Shown here in pieces: positions 43,054 to 54,032 of a stretch of DNA of 54,032 nucleotides. Source of the DNA: Granulicella sp. (lineage in GTDB: Bacteria > Acidobacteriota > Terriglobia > Terriglobales > Acidobacteriaceae). The notes under the pieces are model-generated. The model was not told where the DNA came from. It ran no database searches and saw only the letters and a program-made list of their open reading frames with translations. Position 1 is the first letter of the stretch. Each line of letters starts with the position of its first letter. A program made the position numbers and the translations under genes. Location of the stretch: positions 1 through 54,032 of the forward strand of contig DAHWNL010000079.1 of NCBI GenBank assembly GCA_027339965.1. The letters are read 5' to 3'.

Positions 43054-43686
43054 ATGACCCTCTATGCAGCTACCTCCAACCCCGGCAAGTTGGCAGAGTT
43101 TGCCGCCGCTGCCCAGCCCAGCGGAATCACCGTGCTCGCGCTGCCTGGACTGGAGGCCATCCCTGCGCCGGCGGAAGACGCCGCGACCTTCCAGGACAAC
43201 GCCGATATCAAGGCCGTGGCCTACTCTCTGGCGGTCCCCGGCCTGTTGGTCTTCGCCGACGACTCCGGCCTGGAGGTGATGGCCCTGAGCAATCAGCCCG
43301 GCGTCCACTCCGCCCGTTATGCCGATCGCCGTCTTCCCGACGGCTCCAACCCTCCTGCCTCCCTGTCCGGCACTCTCGATGAGCGCAACAATGCTTATCT
43401 ACTGCAGCAGATGGAGTCTCTACCGCTCTCCGGATCCCGCACCGCGCGATTCGTCTGCCATCTTGCCCTGGCCCGCGACGGAGAGATTCTGCTCCGCTCC
43501 CAGGGCAGCGTCGAAGGCGAAATCCTCCGCTCCCCTCGCGGCGCAGCTGGCTTCGGCTATGACCCTCTCTTTCTCTTCCCGGGCCTGAACCGCACCTTCG
43601 CTGAACTTTCCCGGGAAGAAAAATGGCGGATCTCGCATCGGGGAATTGCGTTCCGCAACCTGTTGCAACAGTGCCGCTTGCTGTAG
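43054..43686 (+). CDS. rdgB: Non-canonical purine NTP pyrophosphatase (RdgB/HAM1)
   Basis: ATSNPGKL.E, ADDSGL, PGVHSARY, GFGYDPLF, K..ISHRG.A. Confidence 0.94.
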   Translation: MTLYAATSNPGKLAEFAAAAQPSGITVLALPGLEAIPAPAEDAATFQDNADIKAVAYSLAVPGLLVFADDSGLEVMALSNQPGVHSARYADRRLPDGSNPPASLSGTLDERNNAYLLQQMESLPLSGSRTARFVCHLALARDGEILLRSQGSVEGEILRSPRGAAGFGYDPLFLFPGLNRTFAELSREEKWRISHRGIAFRNLLQQCRLL

Positions 43687-44033
43687 GAGCGCTGCTGCAG
43701 AGACCTGGCCAGGAAGCTGCCGTCATCCAAGCCGGCCCGCCACAAGTGAGATCATTCCAGCATTGGCTGCGTCATGCCGGCGGCTGCAGCCTGTGCTGCA
43801 GCCAGCTCCTTTCTGGACGCTACCAGAACGGATCTGACGATATTCGGACTCGCGGCTTGACTGGCCTATTTTCCGCTGGCGATAATCAGTTGCTCTCCGT
43901 CGAACGGAAGATCTCTTTCGCGAGGATGGAAGAGACCATCTGGGTTGAGGAAGATGCTGAAAGAGCCGTCATTGCAGCCTCCAACTTCCCTGAAAGACAC
44001 AAAGATCCACCACGACAAGGCTGGGACAAATTA

Positions 44034-44726
44034 ATGGGCAACACTGGGGTTCTCCCGCACCATCCTCATCCTATTAGCTTCTGGCAGTCCTCCAATGGAA
44101 AGAAAGTGGTCATGGCGGTCACCGGAGCCATCATGTTCCTCTTCATCGTGGGCCACATGATCGGCAATCTGCAGATGTTCCTGGCCCCGGAGCACATCAA
44201 CGCCTATGGGCACTTTCTGCATCATGACATCACGGAAGAGCTCTGGATCATCCGCGGCATCCTGCTGCTGGCTTTGGGGCTGCATGTCACCGCCACAGTG
44301 CAGCTGGCGTTACGCAGCCGAGCGGCGCGCCCGGTCGGATACTCCCGCAAGGAGGCCATCAACTCCTCCTATGCCTCCCGGACCATGTACTGGAGCGGCC
44401 CGATCGTTCTTGCGTTTCTCATCTTTCATCTGCTGCAGTTCACCGCCGGCTACATCCATCCGCAGGCGCAGTTCGTCGCCGGAGATGTTTACGGAAACGT
44501 GGTTTCCGGATTCCGCGTGTGGTGGGTCTCGGCGTGGTACATCTTCGCCCTCTGCCTGCTGGGGCTGCATCTGAGCCATGGTCTCTGGAGCGCCTTCCAG
44601 TCAGTCGGTTGCGCTCACCCACGTCACACCCGCTGCTTGAAGATGGCGGCCAAGGCCATCGCCGCTCTCATTGTGCTGGGGTACGTCTCCATTCCAATCA
44701 GCGTTTTGCTGGGGGTCATAAAATAA
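44034..44726 (+). CDS. sdhC: Succinate dehydrogenase/fumarate reductase cytochrome b subunit (b558 type)
   Basis: [32 protein letters not shown]; 5 TM segments; directly upstream of sdhA. Start is uncertain. Confidence 0.9.
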   Translation: MGNTGVLPHHPHPISFWQSSNGKKVVMAVTGAIMFLFIVGHMIGNLQMFLAPEHINAYGHFLHHDITEELWIIRGILLLALGLHVTATVQLALRSRAARPVGYSRKEAINSSYASRTMYWSGPIVLAFLIFHLLQFTAGYIHPQAQFVAGDVYGNVVSGFRVWWVSAWYIFALCLLGLHLSHGLWSAFQSVGCAHPRHTRCLKMAAKAIAALIVLGYVSIPISVLLGVIK

Positions 44727-44727
44727 G

Positions 44728-46641
44728 ATGAAACTCGACGCCAAAATTCCCTCCGGACCGATCGAAGAAGCCTGGTCCAAGGCCTGCTTCGACATGAAGC
44801 TGGTCAACCCGGCCAACAAGCGCAAGCACAGCATCCTTGTGGTCGGATCCGGCCTGGCCGGTAGCTCTGCAGCGGCATCCCTGGGCGAACTGGGGTACCA
44901 GGTAAAATGCTTTTGCTTCCAGGACACGCCTCGGCGCGCTCACTCCATTGCCGCGCAGGGCGGCATCAACGCCGCCAAGAACTATCCCAATGACGGAGAG
45001 AGCGTATTCCGCCTCTTCTACGACACGGTGAAAGGGGGTGACTTCCGCGCTCGCGAGGCCAACGTCTACCGCCTGGCCCAGAACAGCACCAAGATCATCG
45101 ACCAATGCGTCGCCCAGGGTGTTCCTTTTGCCCGCGAGTATGGCGGATCGCTGGCCAACCGCTCCTTTGGCGGCGCTCAGGTCTCGCGCACCTTCTACGC
45201 GCGCGGACAGACTGGCCAGCAGCTTCTGCTGGGGGCCTATCAGGCATTGGAGCGCCAGATTCACGCCGGAACGGTCAAGATGATCGCAAAGACCGAAATG
45301 CAGGACCTGATCGTGGTGGATGGACAGGCTCGCGGCATTGTCACGCGCCATCTGATCACCGGCGAGTACAACGTCCATATTGCGGATGCCGTGATTCTGG
45401 CCACCGGTGGTTACGGGAACGTCTTCTATCTCTCCACCAACGCCAAGGGTTCCAATGCAACCGCCATTTGGCGGGCTCACCGGCGTGGCGCTCTGTTCGC
45501 CAATCCCTGCTTCACGCAGATTCATCCCACCTGCATTCCAGTCTCGGGAGATTACCAGTCCAAGCTCACGCTGATGAGCGAGTCCCTGCGCAACGATGGC
45601 CGTATCTGGCTGCCCAAAAAGAAGGGAGACGCTCGTCCACCGGACCAGATTCCGGAAGACGAGCGGGATTACTACCTCGAGCGCCGCTATCCCAGCTTTG
45701 GCAATCTGGTTCCCCGCGACGTCGCCTCCCGCAACGCCAAAACGTTGTGCGATGAAGGCTATGGTGTCGGCAAGACCGGGCTGGGCGTTTATCTGGACTT
45801 CTCCGAGGCCATCAAGCGACTGGGAGAAAAGACCATTCGGGAGCGCTACGGCAACCTCTTCGACATGTATCAGCGCATCACGGACGAAGATCCCTACAAG
45901 GTTCCCATGCGCATCTTCCCCGCCGTGCACTACACCATGGGAGGACTCTGGGTAGACTACGAGCTGCAAAGCACCATTCCCGGACTCTTCGTCCTGGGCG
46001 AGGCCAACTTTTCTGACCACGGAGCCAATCGTCTCGGGGCCAGCGCTCTGATGCAGGGCCTCTCCGACGGTTACTTCATCATCCCCAACACCATCAGCCA
46101 CTATCTGGCCACGCAAAAGTTCCCCAAGGTGGAAGACTCCAATCCAGCGGTGCAGGAGGCTGTAACCACGGTCAAGGCCCGGATCGACACCTTGCTCTCC
46201 ATCAAGGGCAAGCGAACCGTCGACAGCTTCCACCGTGAACTGGGCAAAATCGTCTGGGACTATTGCGGCATGGCGCGCACAGCCCCGGGCCTGGAGCTGG
46301 CCATCGGAAAGATCCGCGAGTTGCGCCAGGAGTACTGGAAGAACGTCACCGTGCCCGGCAGCGGCGACGATCTGAACGAGAGCCTGGAGAAGGCCGGCCG
46401 CGTGTCCGACTTCTTCGAGCTGGCCGAACTGATGTGTATCGATGCGCTGCATCGCAATGAGTCCTGCGGCGGCCACTTCCGCGAGGAGTACCAGACACAG
46501 GATGGCGAGGCACAGCGGGACGATGAACACTTCTCTTACGTGGCGGCCTGGGGCTACACCGGTCCCGACTCCGCCCCTGAACTCACCAAGGAACCGCTCG
46601 AGTTCCACTACGTCCACCCAAGCCAGAGGAGCTACAAGTAA
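44728..46641 (+). CDS. sdhA: Succinate dehydrogenase/fumarate reductase flavoprotein subunit
   Basis: [49 protein letters not shown]. Confidence 0.96.
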   Translation: MKLDAKIPSGPIEEAWSKACFDMKLVNPANKRKHSILVVGSGLAGSSAAASLGELGYQVKCFCFQDTPRRAHSIAAQGGINAAKNYPNDGESVFRLFYDTVKGGDFRAREANVYRLAQNSTKIIDQCVAQGVPFAREYGGSLANRSFGGAQVSRTFYARGQTGQQLLLGAYQALERQIHAGTVKMIAKTEMQDLIVVDGQARGIVTRHLITGEYNVHIADAVILATGGYGNVFYLSTNAKGSNATAIWRAHRRGALFANPCFTQIHPTCIPVSGDYQSKLTLMSESLRNDGRIWLPKKKGDARPPDQIPEDERDYYLERRYPSFGNLVPRDVASRNAKTLCDEGYGVGKTGLGVYLDFSEAIKRLGEKTIRERYGNLFDMYQRITDEDPYKVPMRIFPAVHYTMGGLWVDYELQSTIPGLFVLGEANFSDHGANRLGASALMQGLSDGYFIIPNTISHYLATQKFPKVEDSNPAVQEAVTTVKARIDTLLSIKGKRTVDSFHRELGKIVWDYCGMARTAPGLELAIGKIRELRQEYWKNVTVPGSGDDLNESLEKAGRVSDFFELAELMCIDALHRNESCGGHFREEYQTQDGEAQRDDEHFSYVAAWGYTGPDSAPELTKEPLEFHYVHPSQRSYK

Positions 46642-47430
<789 letters not shown>

Positions 47431-47630
47431 GCGGATCCCGCCCAGGCAGAGAAACAATCCGCAATTGGCTTACTCGAGCAGGCTCCCATGTGGGAGCCTG
47501 TTCGGTCTTTGGCCGGCGTTATCCCCACCAGCCTTGGACGGGAGCGCGACGGTGCTCTGCCGCGGACCTCTGGCTGGATAGGGAAAACTGGACCAGCCCG
47601 GCGGCTGCCGCGTAATAATCAAAGGCTAGG

Positions 47631-48782
47631 ATGCTCGACCCTGCCGAGATTCACGCCCGTGCCCTCGTTATCGACGGCCACGCCGACACGCCTCAGAGGT
47701 TTGTGGACGAGGGCTGGAACTTTGGCGACCCGCTGGGGGATGGCATGCTCAACCTGGAGACCGCAAGGGCTGGGAATCTGACGGCGGAGTTCTTTGCCAT
47801 CTGGGTGGACCCGCGCGAGTGGCGCGGACGCATGGCGCACCGGACCCTGCAACTGATCGATGGCGTCTATGAGCAACTGCGCAGATACCCCTCCGCCATG
47901 CGCCTGGGATGCTCCGCGGAGGATATTCGCCGGGCTCATTCCGATAGGGTCTTCTGCGTGCTGCTGGGCATCGAGGGCGGGCACTCCATTGAGGCCGATC
48001 TGGGGCTGCTCCGCATCTACCACCGGCTAGGGGTACGGTATATGACCCTCACCTGGTCCAACACCAACGAGTGGGCGGACAGTTCAGGCGACCTGGACGA
48101 TCCGGCCGTGACTCACCACGGCGGACTCACCCACTTTGGCCGCGAGGTAGTGCAAGAGATGAACCGGCTCGGCATGATGGTGGACGTCTCGCACGTTGCC
48201 GACTCGACCTTCCGGGACGTCCTGGAGACATCCCGGAGGCCGGTGATCGCCTCCCACTCCAGCGCGCGCGCGCTGACCGATGCGGCGCGCAACCTGAGCG
48301 ACGGCCAGTTGCGAGCCCTCGCCAGTCAGGGTGGTCTGGCCATGGTGAACTTTTACCCATCCTTTATCGATGCCCGCTGGCGAGATAGCTGGGCGGCAAC
48401 CCAACCGCAGCGTGAACTCCTCTACCAGGCAACGGCAAAGCCGTACCAGGAGCGAGGCGAGCCGATGCCGTACCACGTACTCCTCTCGATCGATCGGGCC
48501 TTTTACGCCCAGCATCTGCGCGGCAAGCTGCCACCGGCCCCGCTGAGCGCCTTGGTGGACCACATCGATCACATGGTCGCCGTCATGGGCATCGACCATG
48601 TCGGCTTGGGCTCGGACTTCGATGGCTTCCCCATCGCTCCGCAGGGCCTGGGCAGCGCGGCCGGCCTGCCCAGCATCACCGCAGCGCTGCTGGAGCGCGG
48701 ATATGATGCCGGGCAACTGGCCAAGCTGCTGGGTGAAAACCTGTTGCGAGTCTTGGAAGAGGTGCAGAATGGTGCGCCGTAG
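47631..48782 (+). CDS. Membrane (renal-type) dipeptidase, peptidase M19
   Basis: IDGHAD, GIEGGH, MTLTW, VDVSH, ASHSS, GSDFDG, GENLLRV. Confidence 0.93.
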   Translation: MLDPAEIHARALVIDGHADTPQRFVDEGWNFGDPLGDGMLNLETARAGNLTAEFFAIWVDPREWRGRMAHRTLQLIDGVYEQLRRYPSAMRLGCSAEDIRRAHSDRVFCVLLGIEGGHSIEADLGLLRIYHRLGVRYMTLTWSNTNEWADSSGDLDDPAVTHHGGLTHFGREVVQEMNRLGMMVDVSHVADSTFRDVLETSRRPVIASHSSARALTDAARNLSDGQLRALASQGGLAMVNFYPSFIDARWRDSWAATQPQRELLYQATAKPYQERGEPMPYHVLLSIDRAFYAQHLRGKLPPAPLSALVDHIDHMVAVMGIDHVGLGSDFDGFPIAPQGLGSAAGLPSITAALLERGYDAGQLAKLLGENLLRVLEEVQNGAP

Positions 48783-48869
48783 GGGTTGCGGGCCATCCGG
48801 GACAAGGGCTTTCGACACAGGCTCCGCCCTGCCGATACTCTATCCTTTTATCCTCCCCTCGGAGAGTCC

Positions 48870-50138
48870 GTGACCGCCATACAGAAATCACGCCTGCTTC
48901 TGGCCGCCGGAATCCTTGCGATGAACACCGCGCACGCGCAGTCGTGGGAGCTTGGGCCTTTCGTTCGCCCTTTGGATGCGCCGGTCATTGAACCCAACCG
49001 CTTCTACACCTTCACCACCCCGGCGACGGGCCAGAAGACTCTTTGGGACAATCTGGCTGTCTTTGATCCGGGCGCCGCCATCGCGGCGGATGGAGAGGTG
49101 GCCGTCCTGTTTCGCGCCGAGGCAAGCTCTGCCGCGGGGCAGAGCCCAGAAAGCACCTCCCGGCTGGGCCTGGCCACCAGCAAGGATGGCCTCTTCTTCA
49201 CCGTCCACGGAGCTCCCGTTCTTTCCCCGGAGGACAGTCCGGCGCTAGCGCCGGGATCCCGTTATAGTCTGCGGGGACCGCGCATTGTGGTTGGCCCGCA
49301 CGGCAGTTATGTGATGACCTACACCGAATCAGCGGCCATCCGAGCAGCCGGCGGCCAACCGCAGGACAGGATCTGCATCGCCACCTCCAGCAATCTGCGC
49401 AACTGGATCCGGCGGGGCCCGGCCTTTGCCGCCTCCCTGCCCAGCGCCGCCGGCAAAGCGGCGCGGATCAACGACGGCTTCGGCGCGATTTTAACCGAAC
49501 TTCGCCACGGTCGGCTCCAGGCGGCAAAGCTCCACGGAAGATACTGGATGTACTGGGGAGAGCGGGCGGTTCATCTAGCCACCTCGCCTGACCTCATTCA
49601 TTGGACACCCGTGTTGGACCAACGCAGCGGCCAGCCTTTGATCGTGCTGAGCCCCAGAGCCGGACACTTTGACAGCGGCGCGGCCACGGTGGGACCGCCT
49701 CCGCTGCTGACGCGGAGGGGCATCCTGCTGGTCTACAACGGAGAAAATTCATTGCTGGGAGTCTCGAATGCAAACAACACCCAGGTGACCGATGCCCCCA
49801 CCCCAGCTCTTCCGCCAAGCCCCTCAAGGTCCAGGCACAGCGGTTCGGCTGGAGTCTCCTTGCTCCAGCCTGACGCGCCACGGCTTGCGGCTGACCCCAC
49901 GCTCCGTCCCGGGGCCTATGCGGTGGGGGAGGCACTGTTTTCGGCTGCCGATCCCACCCGGTTGCTGAAACGCGCCAACCACCCTGTGCTGCAACCCGTC
50001 TGGCCCTATGAGCGCGATGGCCGGCGCAGCGCCGGAGGAGTCTTTGCGGAAGGAATGGTGGTCTGGCAGGGCCAGTGGCTTCTGTATTACGGAGCAGCGG
50101 ATTCGGTCATCGGCGTCGCCCGCGCCCCCCTGCGCTGA
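48870..50138 (+). CDS. GH130-like exported beta-propeller protein with degenerate catalytic motifs
   Basis: Signal peptide, W.LGPF.RP, SRLGLA.S.DG, GRYWMYWGE, LVYNG, F.EG.V, LYYGAADS. The family EDPR motif reads RGPR. Confidence 0.8.
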   Translation: MTAIQKSRLLLAAGILAMNTAHAQSWELGPFVRPLDAPVIEPNRFYTFTTPATGQKTLWDNLAVFDPGAAIAADGEVAVLFRAEASSAAGQSPESTSRLGLATSKDGLFFTVHGAPVLSPEDSPALAPGSRYSLRGPRIVVGPHGSYVMTYTESAAIRAAGGQPQDRICIATSSNLRNWIRRGPAFAASLPSAAGKAARINDGFGAILTELRHGRLQAAKLHGRYWMYWGERAVHLATSPDLIHWTPVLDQRSGQPLIVLSPRAGHFDSGAATVGPPPLLTRRGILLVYNGENSLLGVSNANNTQVTDAPTPALPPSPSRSRHSGSAGVSLLQPDAPRLAADPTLRPGAYAVGEALFSAADPTRLLKRANHPVLQPVWPYERDGRRSAGGVFAEGMVVWQGQWLLYYGAADSVIGVARAPLR

Positions 50139-50611
50139 TCCCCGCTTCACGGCGATCGGCTGAATCCGTTCCTGTTCCCGGAGACCAGATCCCGCGCTCT
50201 CAGCGGCTGTTTTGGAGCCGTCTTCGTGCTATCCTTACTCACGTGCGGTTGGCTTTGCCCGAGCGTCAAGCCAAGAGCCGCGCCCGTTCGACTGTACGTC
50301 TTCTCCTCGTCAGGCTCGCCAAGGAAAGTCTCCGGCCACGGAGCTACGAGTCCACGATTCAGGGTGCTCGCAGGAACTCAATCGACCTTCGCCTTCCGGG
50401 TTGATTACTTTTGGGTTTTTCCTGTCCTCGCTAGTAGCTAATTCATCAATGAGAAGAGAGATGCTCACAGCGTCTAACATCACAACTTCAATCTTCTCAG
50501 CGATCATTTGAGAAATTTCTCTGCTATGCTCTGGATACTCTGGAAGGATTTCTTCTCCAAGCATCGCTGCTGCACCCCTCCGGGTGCAAGCCTGAAGACT
50601 GAGATTTGAAG

Positions 50612-51700
50612 ATGGCAAAACCACTACGTAGCGACGATCCGAATCCACCAAGCGTCCAGTTCCGGGACTTCGGTGTTCTTGATGACGGCAAGCGCAGCAA
50701 AGGCGCTGCCATCGCCTCCATCGCCATCAATGTCAGCTTGGCGGCCATGGTGGTGATCCTTGGCCTGATCATCAAGACCAGCCCGACGGTAGCCAAAGAG
50801 GTCGCCGTGCTGGTGCTGCCTCCGCCACCGCCCAAGCCGGCTCCCACCCCCAAGCCGCCCCCCATCCGGGTGAAGCCGCTGCCACCCACTCCCACCGTGG
50901 CGCCCAAAATCAAGATGCCCACCCCGCCGGTACCGCCTCCGCCGACGGTAAAACCCTTGCCGGTACCCCAGCCGAAGCCCCTCGATCTACCTCCGGCTCC
51001 GCCCAAGCGCGTGATCCCGCCGCCGGCTCCGGTGCATGTCAATCTGGGAGTGGCATCGGCGGCCTCGGTTCCCAACCATGATGCGCACCCCACGGCAGTG
51101 CGCCTCGGTGAGGCCACCAATCCGCTGCGTCCGTTGAGCGGTCCAGCCGTCTCCAACGTCAACCTGGGGAACGCAGGCATGGCGGGCATGAACCGCGGCA
51201 ACACCGGCAACGGTCCCCGCGCCATGGCGGTCAACCTGGGCTCCGGGTCGGCCAACGGCAGCATGAACGGCCGAGACAACGCGGTCGGCCCCGTCCGTGG
51301 AGTGAGCCTGGGCAGCGGAACAGGCCCAATGAACTCGCGCAACTTTGCCGCTGTGAAACCGGTCCGTCTGGGTTCGCCGCCGCCACCGCCCACACAGCGC
51401 TCAGCGGGTCTGGAGCAGCTTTCGGCTGCCACCCCGCCCAAGATCACCTTCAAACCCGAACCGGTTTACACCGAGGATGCCAAGCAGCACCATATCCAGG
51501 GGGATGCGGTCGTCAAAGTGATCTTCCACGCCAACGGCACCATTCAGGTTCTGGGCCTGGTCCGCGGACTTGGCTATGGACTCGATCAGCCGGCCGAGGA
51601 GGTTGCTCGCGCGATTCGCTTCCGGCCGGCCCTGAACTCCGCCGGGCAGCCGATTGACTTCCCGACCAACGTGGTGATCCACTTCGTCATTAATAACTAA
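50612..51700 (+). CDS. TonB family energy transducer
   Basis: TM anchor, Pro-rich linker, C-terminal P.P.YTEDA....IQG...GLGYGLD..A....IRFRPA domain. Confidence 0.88.
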   Translation: MAKPLRSDDPNPPSVQFRDFGVLDDGKRSKGAAIASIAINVSLAAMVVILGLIIKTSPTVAKEVAVLVLPPPPPKPAPTPKPPPIRVKPLPPTPTVAPKIKMPTPPVPPPPTVKPLPVPQPKPLDLPPAPPKRVIPPPAPVHVNLGVASAASVPNHDAHPTAVRLGEATNPLRPLSGPAVSNVNLGNAGMAGMNRGNTGNGPRAMAVNLGSGSANGSMNGRDNAVGPVRGVSLGSGTGPMNSRNFAAVKPVRLGSPPPPPTQRSAGLEQLSAATPPKITFKPEPVYTEDAKQHHIQGDAVVKVIFHANGTIQVLGLVRGLGYGLDQPAEEVARAIRFRPALNSAGQPIDFPTNVVIHFVINN

Positions 51701-51936
51701 TTTAGTACGCAATCTCCACAATTCTGCAGAGCCGTTGAGGCGTCAAGCTAATCTAGAGAGCCAGATACATTAGAACAGTCTCAGACAGAAGCTGTTGGCG
51801 CGCGGAAACCACTGAGTAGAAGAAGCGCCAACAAAGAGATAGAAGTTTGTACCGGACCACCGAAGGAAAACAAACGACACGTACTGCGCGGACCGCCTCA
51901 GCGGTGGCCGCAGCAGGCAAGGAGTCCCAGAAGCCT

Positions 51937-53724
51937 ATGAACCTCCCATCGAAATTCGTCACCGCCATGGCCCTCTCTGTTCTGGCAGCCTCGGCGCTGC
52001 ACGCCTCAGTCTTCTCGCATAAAAAGAAGAAGCAAGAGATGGACTATCTCTATGGGCGCAAGCTCACACCGGCTCAGGACGCCTTGGTCAACAAGGCAAT
52101 CGCTCGCGAAGCGGTCATTGTCAAGACCCTGCGGGCTCGCAGTCCGATCGTTGAGACCTACATTCAAAACATGCGCCCCGACCCGGTGATGGGCCAGACC
52201 GTCGAGAGCGATCAGCACTTCCTGGCGCGGGTTGACTTCGGCAAGGTTATCGGCGAAGAGGGCTTTTCCAATGGAGGACATGACAAAGCAGGACGCTTCC
52301 ATCACTCTCTGGCCTACCTTACCGGCATCTCCAAAGAGCTTCATCTGCGCTACAACGAAGCCGGCTTTGTACGCATGATCGTCATCGACAGCACCGGGTT
52401 TGACCGCAATCACTACCACTTCACCTTCCTGCGCAACGAGTTTCTGGGCACTGTGCCAACGGAAGTCTTCGACGTTGTTCCCGTCAGGAAGGTTCCCGGC
52501 CGCTTCTTTGGCCGGATCTGGGTGGAGCGCGATGGCGGCAACATCGTTCGGTATGACGGCGATCTGGCCGGCGGCGAGAAAGACAACATCAACGAGTACT
52601 TCCACTTCAACTCTGTCCGCACCGAAGTGGCCGACAACCTCTGGCTTCCCACCGCCTCTTACATTGAAGAGACTGATCCGAGAAGCCCTGAGCACAGCCT
52701 CAAGTTCAAGGCAATCAATCAGATCTGGGGCTATTCTCTTAGCGTTCCCACCGCTGACCAGGATCAGGCCGACATCGAGGTGGAAGGCGCCACCGATGAG
52801 AGCCAGCAGAACGGCAATCTGAGCCCGCTGGGCGCCCAGAGGGCGTGGATCGAGCAGGCCGAAGACAATGTCATTGAGCGTCTCTTCTCCGCCGGTCTCA
52901 TCGATGCTCCAAGTGACTTCGACAAGGTCCTTGCCGAGTTGGCAAACAATATCCTGGCGTATAACCAGATTCCCATCGACCGTCCCATTCGGGTTCGCAC
53001 CCTGCTGACCGAGCCGCTCGAGTCCGTGGCCGTGGGAAATACCATCCTCATCTCCAAGGGCCTGATTGACACCACCGCCGTGATCACCGCTGACGGCGCG
53101 CAGCAGATGGGAAACCTCAATGCGATCCTGGCCTTCCAGGTGGCGCAGATCGTCCTGGGCCATCATATTGATACCAAATATGCCTTCAGTGATCGGCTGC
53201 TGTTTCCCCCCGAGTCCGCTTTCCAGCGCCTTCCCTTGGGCCACACCGATGCCGATGACACCGCTGCGGCTAAAAAGTGCCTTGAACTTCTCAGCGTCAA
53301 GGATCTGGCCGACGGCCAACAGTACTTTGGCCTGTACCTGCAGCAGCTCCAGGCGCGCGAAAAAGGCCTCCACGCTCTCACCACGCCCCAGCTTGGCGAC
53401 AGCCTGGTCAAGCCCGATGGCACCTTCTGGCTCCAGGCCATCATGTCCAAGGCGCCCAAGCTCAACAACACTGATCTGAAACAGGTGGCCGCCGAGCCGC
53501 TCAACGCATTCCTGCGCAATGATCCCTGGACGGATCAGGTCATCAAGCTCGATGCCGCTCAGGAGCCGCTGTTGAGCGCCCGCGACAAGATGCCGTTTGA
53601 GCTCACCCCCGTCTCGGTCAACTTGTCCTACTGGAAGCCCCCCGTCGACCCGAACGCTCCTGCCGCTCCCGCAGCCGCGGGCGCTGCTGCCGCAAACGCT
53701 CCTGCCGCCCAACCACACCCGTAG
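51937..53724 (+). CDS. Exported hypothetical protein with a degenerate M48-peptidase-like C-terminal half
   Basis: Signal peptide, beta-rich N-terminal half (F.GRIWVE...IVRY.G), then GNTILISKGLID and LAFQVAQIVLGH at the position of HExxH. Confidence 0.65.
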   Translation: MNLPSKFVTAMALSVLAASALHASVFSHKKKKQEMDYLYGRKLTPAQDALVNKAIAREAVIVKTLRARSPIVETYIQNMRPDPVMGQTVESDQHFLARVDFGKVIGEEGFSNGGHDKAGRFHHSLAYLTGISKELHLRYNEAGFVRMIVIDSTGFDRNHYHFTFLRNEFLGTVPTEVFDVVPVRKVPGRFFGRIWVERDGGNIVRYDGDLAGGEKDNINEYFHFNSVRTEVADNLWLPTASYIEETDPRSPEHSLKFKAINQIWGYSLSVPTADQDQADIEVEGATDESQQNGNLSPLGAQRAWIEQAEDNVIERLFSAGLIDAPSDFDKVLAELANNILAYNQIPIDRPIRVRTLLTEPLESVAVGNTILISKGLIDTTAVITADGAQQMGNLNAILAFQVAQIVLGHHIDTKYAFSDRLLFPPESAFQRLPLGHTDADDTAAAKKCLELLSVKDLADGQQYFGLYLQQLQAREKGLHALTTPQLGDSLVKPDGTFWLQAIMSKAPKLNNTDLKQVAAEPLNAFLRNDPWTDQVIKLDAAQEPLLSARDKMPFELTPVSVNLSYWKPPVDPNAPAAPAAAGAAAANAPAAQPHP

Positions 53725-53891
53725 CGGCCGGAGTGCGGGCCCTGCTCTTCCTGGGGCCCCGTGCATCCACTTTAAAGAGACAGTCCAGGCCAGCCAAACC
53801 ATGGCCTCGGCGGGAATCTAGCCCTCCGCGAGGTCTTGCGAGATCGCAATCGTGAGTTTTTTCTAAGCCATCCGAGCCTGTCTCTTGTTAA

Positions 53892-54032
53892 GGGCCTGTT
53901 TATGATCTCTTGAGCAGGAGCCTGAGGAATGCCAGGTGGACCATTTGCAGGCTGGTGTTCAGTTTGCGCTCGCAGTTCTTCCATAGCCGGCGGCATTTTC
54001 CCAGCCAGGCGAAGCTGCGTTGGACGATCCAG
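53892..54032 (-). mobile_element. IS5-family (IS1031-like) right end with transposase C-terminus (53900..54031), cut by the window edge
   Basis: Minus strand reads WIVQRSFAWLGKCRRLWKNCERKLNTSLQMVHLAFLRLLLKRS*. Terminus ...TAAACAGGCCC abuts a TAA target (53889-91). Confidence 0.85.

Overview
A GC-rich chromosomal segment with no phage, CRISPR, rRNA or tRNA signal; gene content and protein styles suggest Acidobacteriaceae (inference). Both ends stop inside IS elements (IS630 at left, IS5 at right), so this is probably a whole contig. Most genes are housekeeping: FucP-like MFS, trxB, rne/rng, mreC-mreD-mrdA-rodA (no mreB), recG, lgt, hpt, aroA, metY-metX, queG, rdgB, sdhCAB and a TonB protein. 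Surface-polysaccharide genes (Wzz-like, Wzi, sugar transferase, GT2, GT9) are scattered among them, and two sugar-catabolism patches are eroded and contain nested IS remnants. Main observations not in the ORF track: (1) a 28-aa Met/Cys-rich, apparently leaderless uORF with terminator/antiterminator pairing upstream of metY-metX, a candidate ribosome-sensed sulfur-amino-acid attenuator; (2) three copies of a ~116-bp TA-flanked MITE, two of which overlap gene stop codons; (3) TANNNT boxes 6-10 nt before the start codons of many genes, suggesting leaderless or short-leader mRNAs; (4) a chimeric rhamnosidase/sugar-isomerase pseudogene; (5) two apparent pseudoenzymes (GH130 and M48-like). All family calls come from motif recognition by eye; no searches were run.
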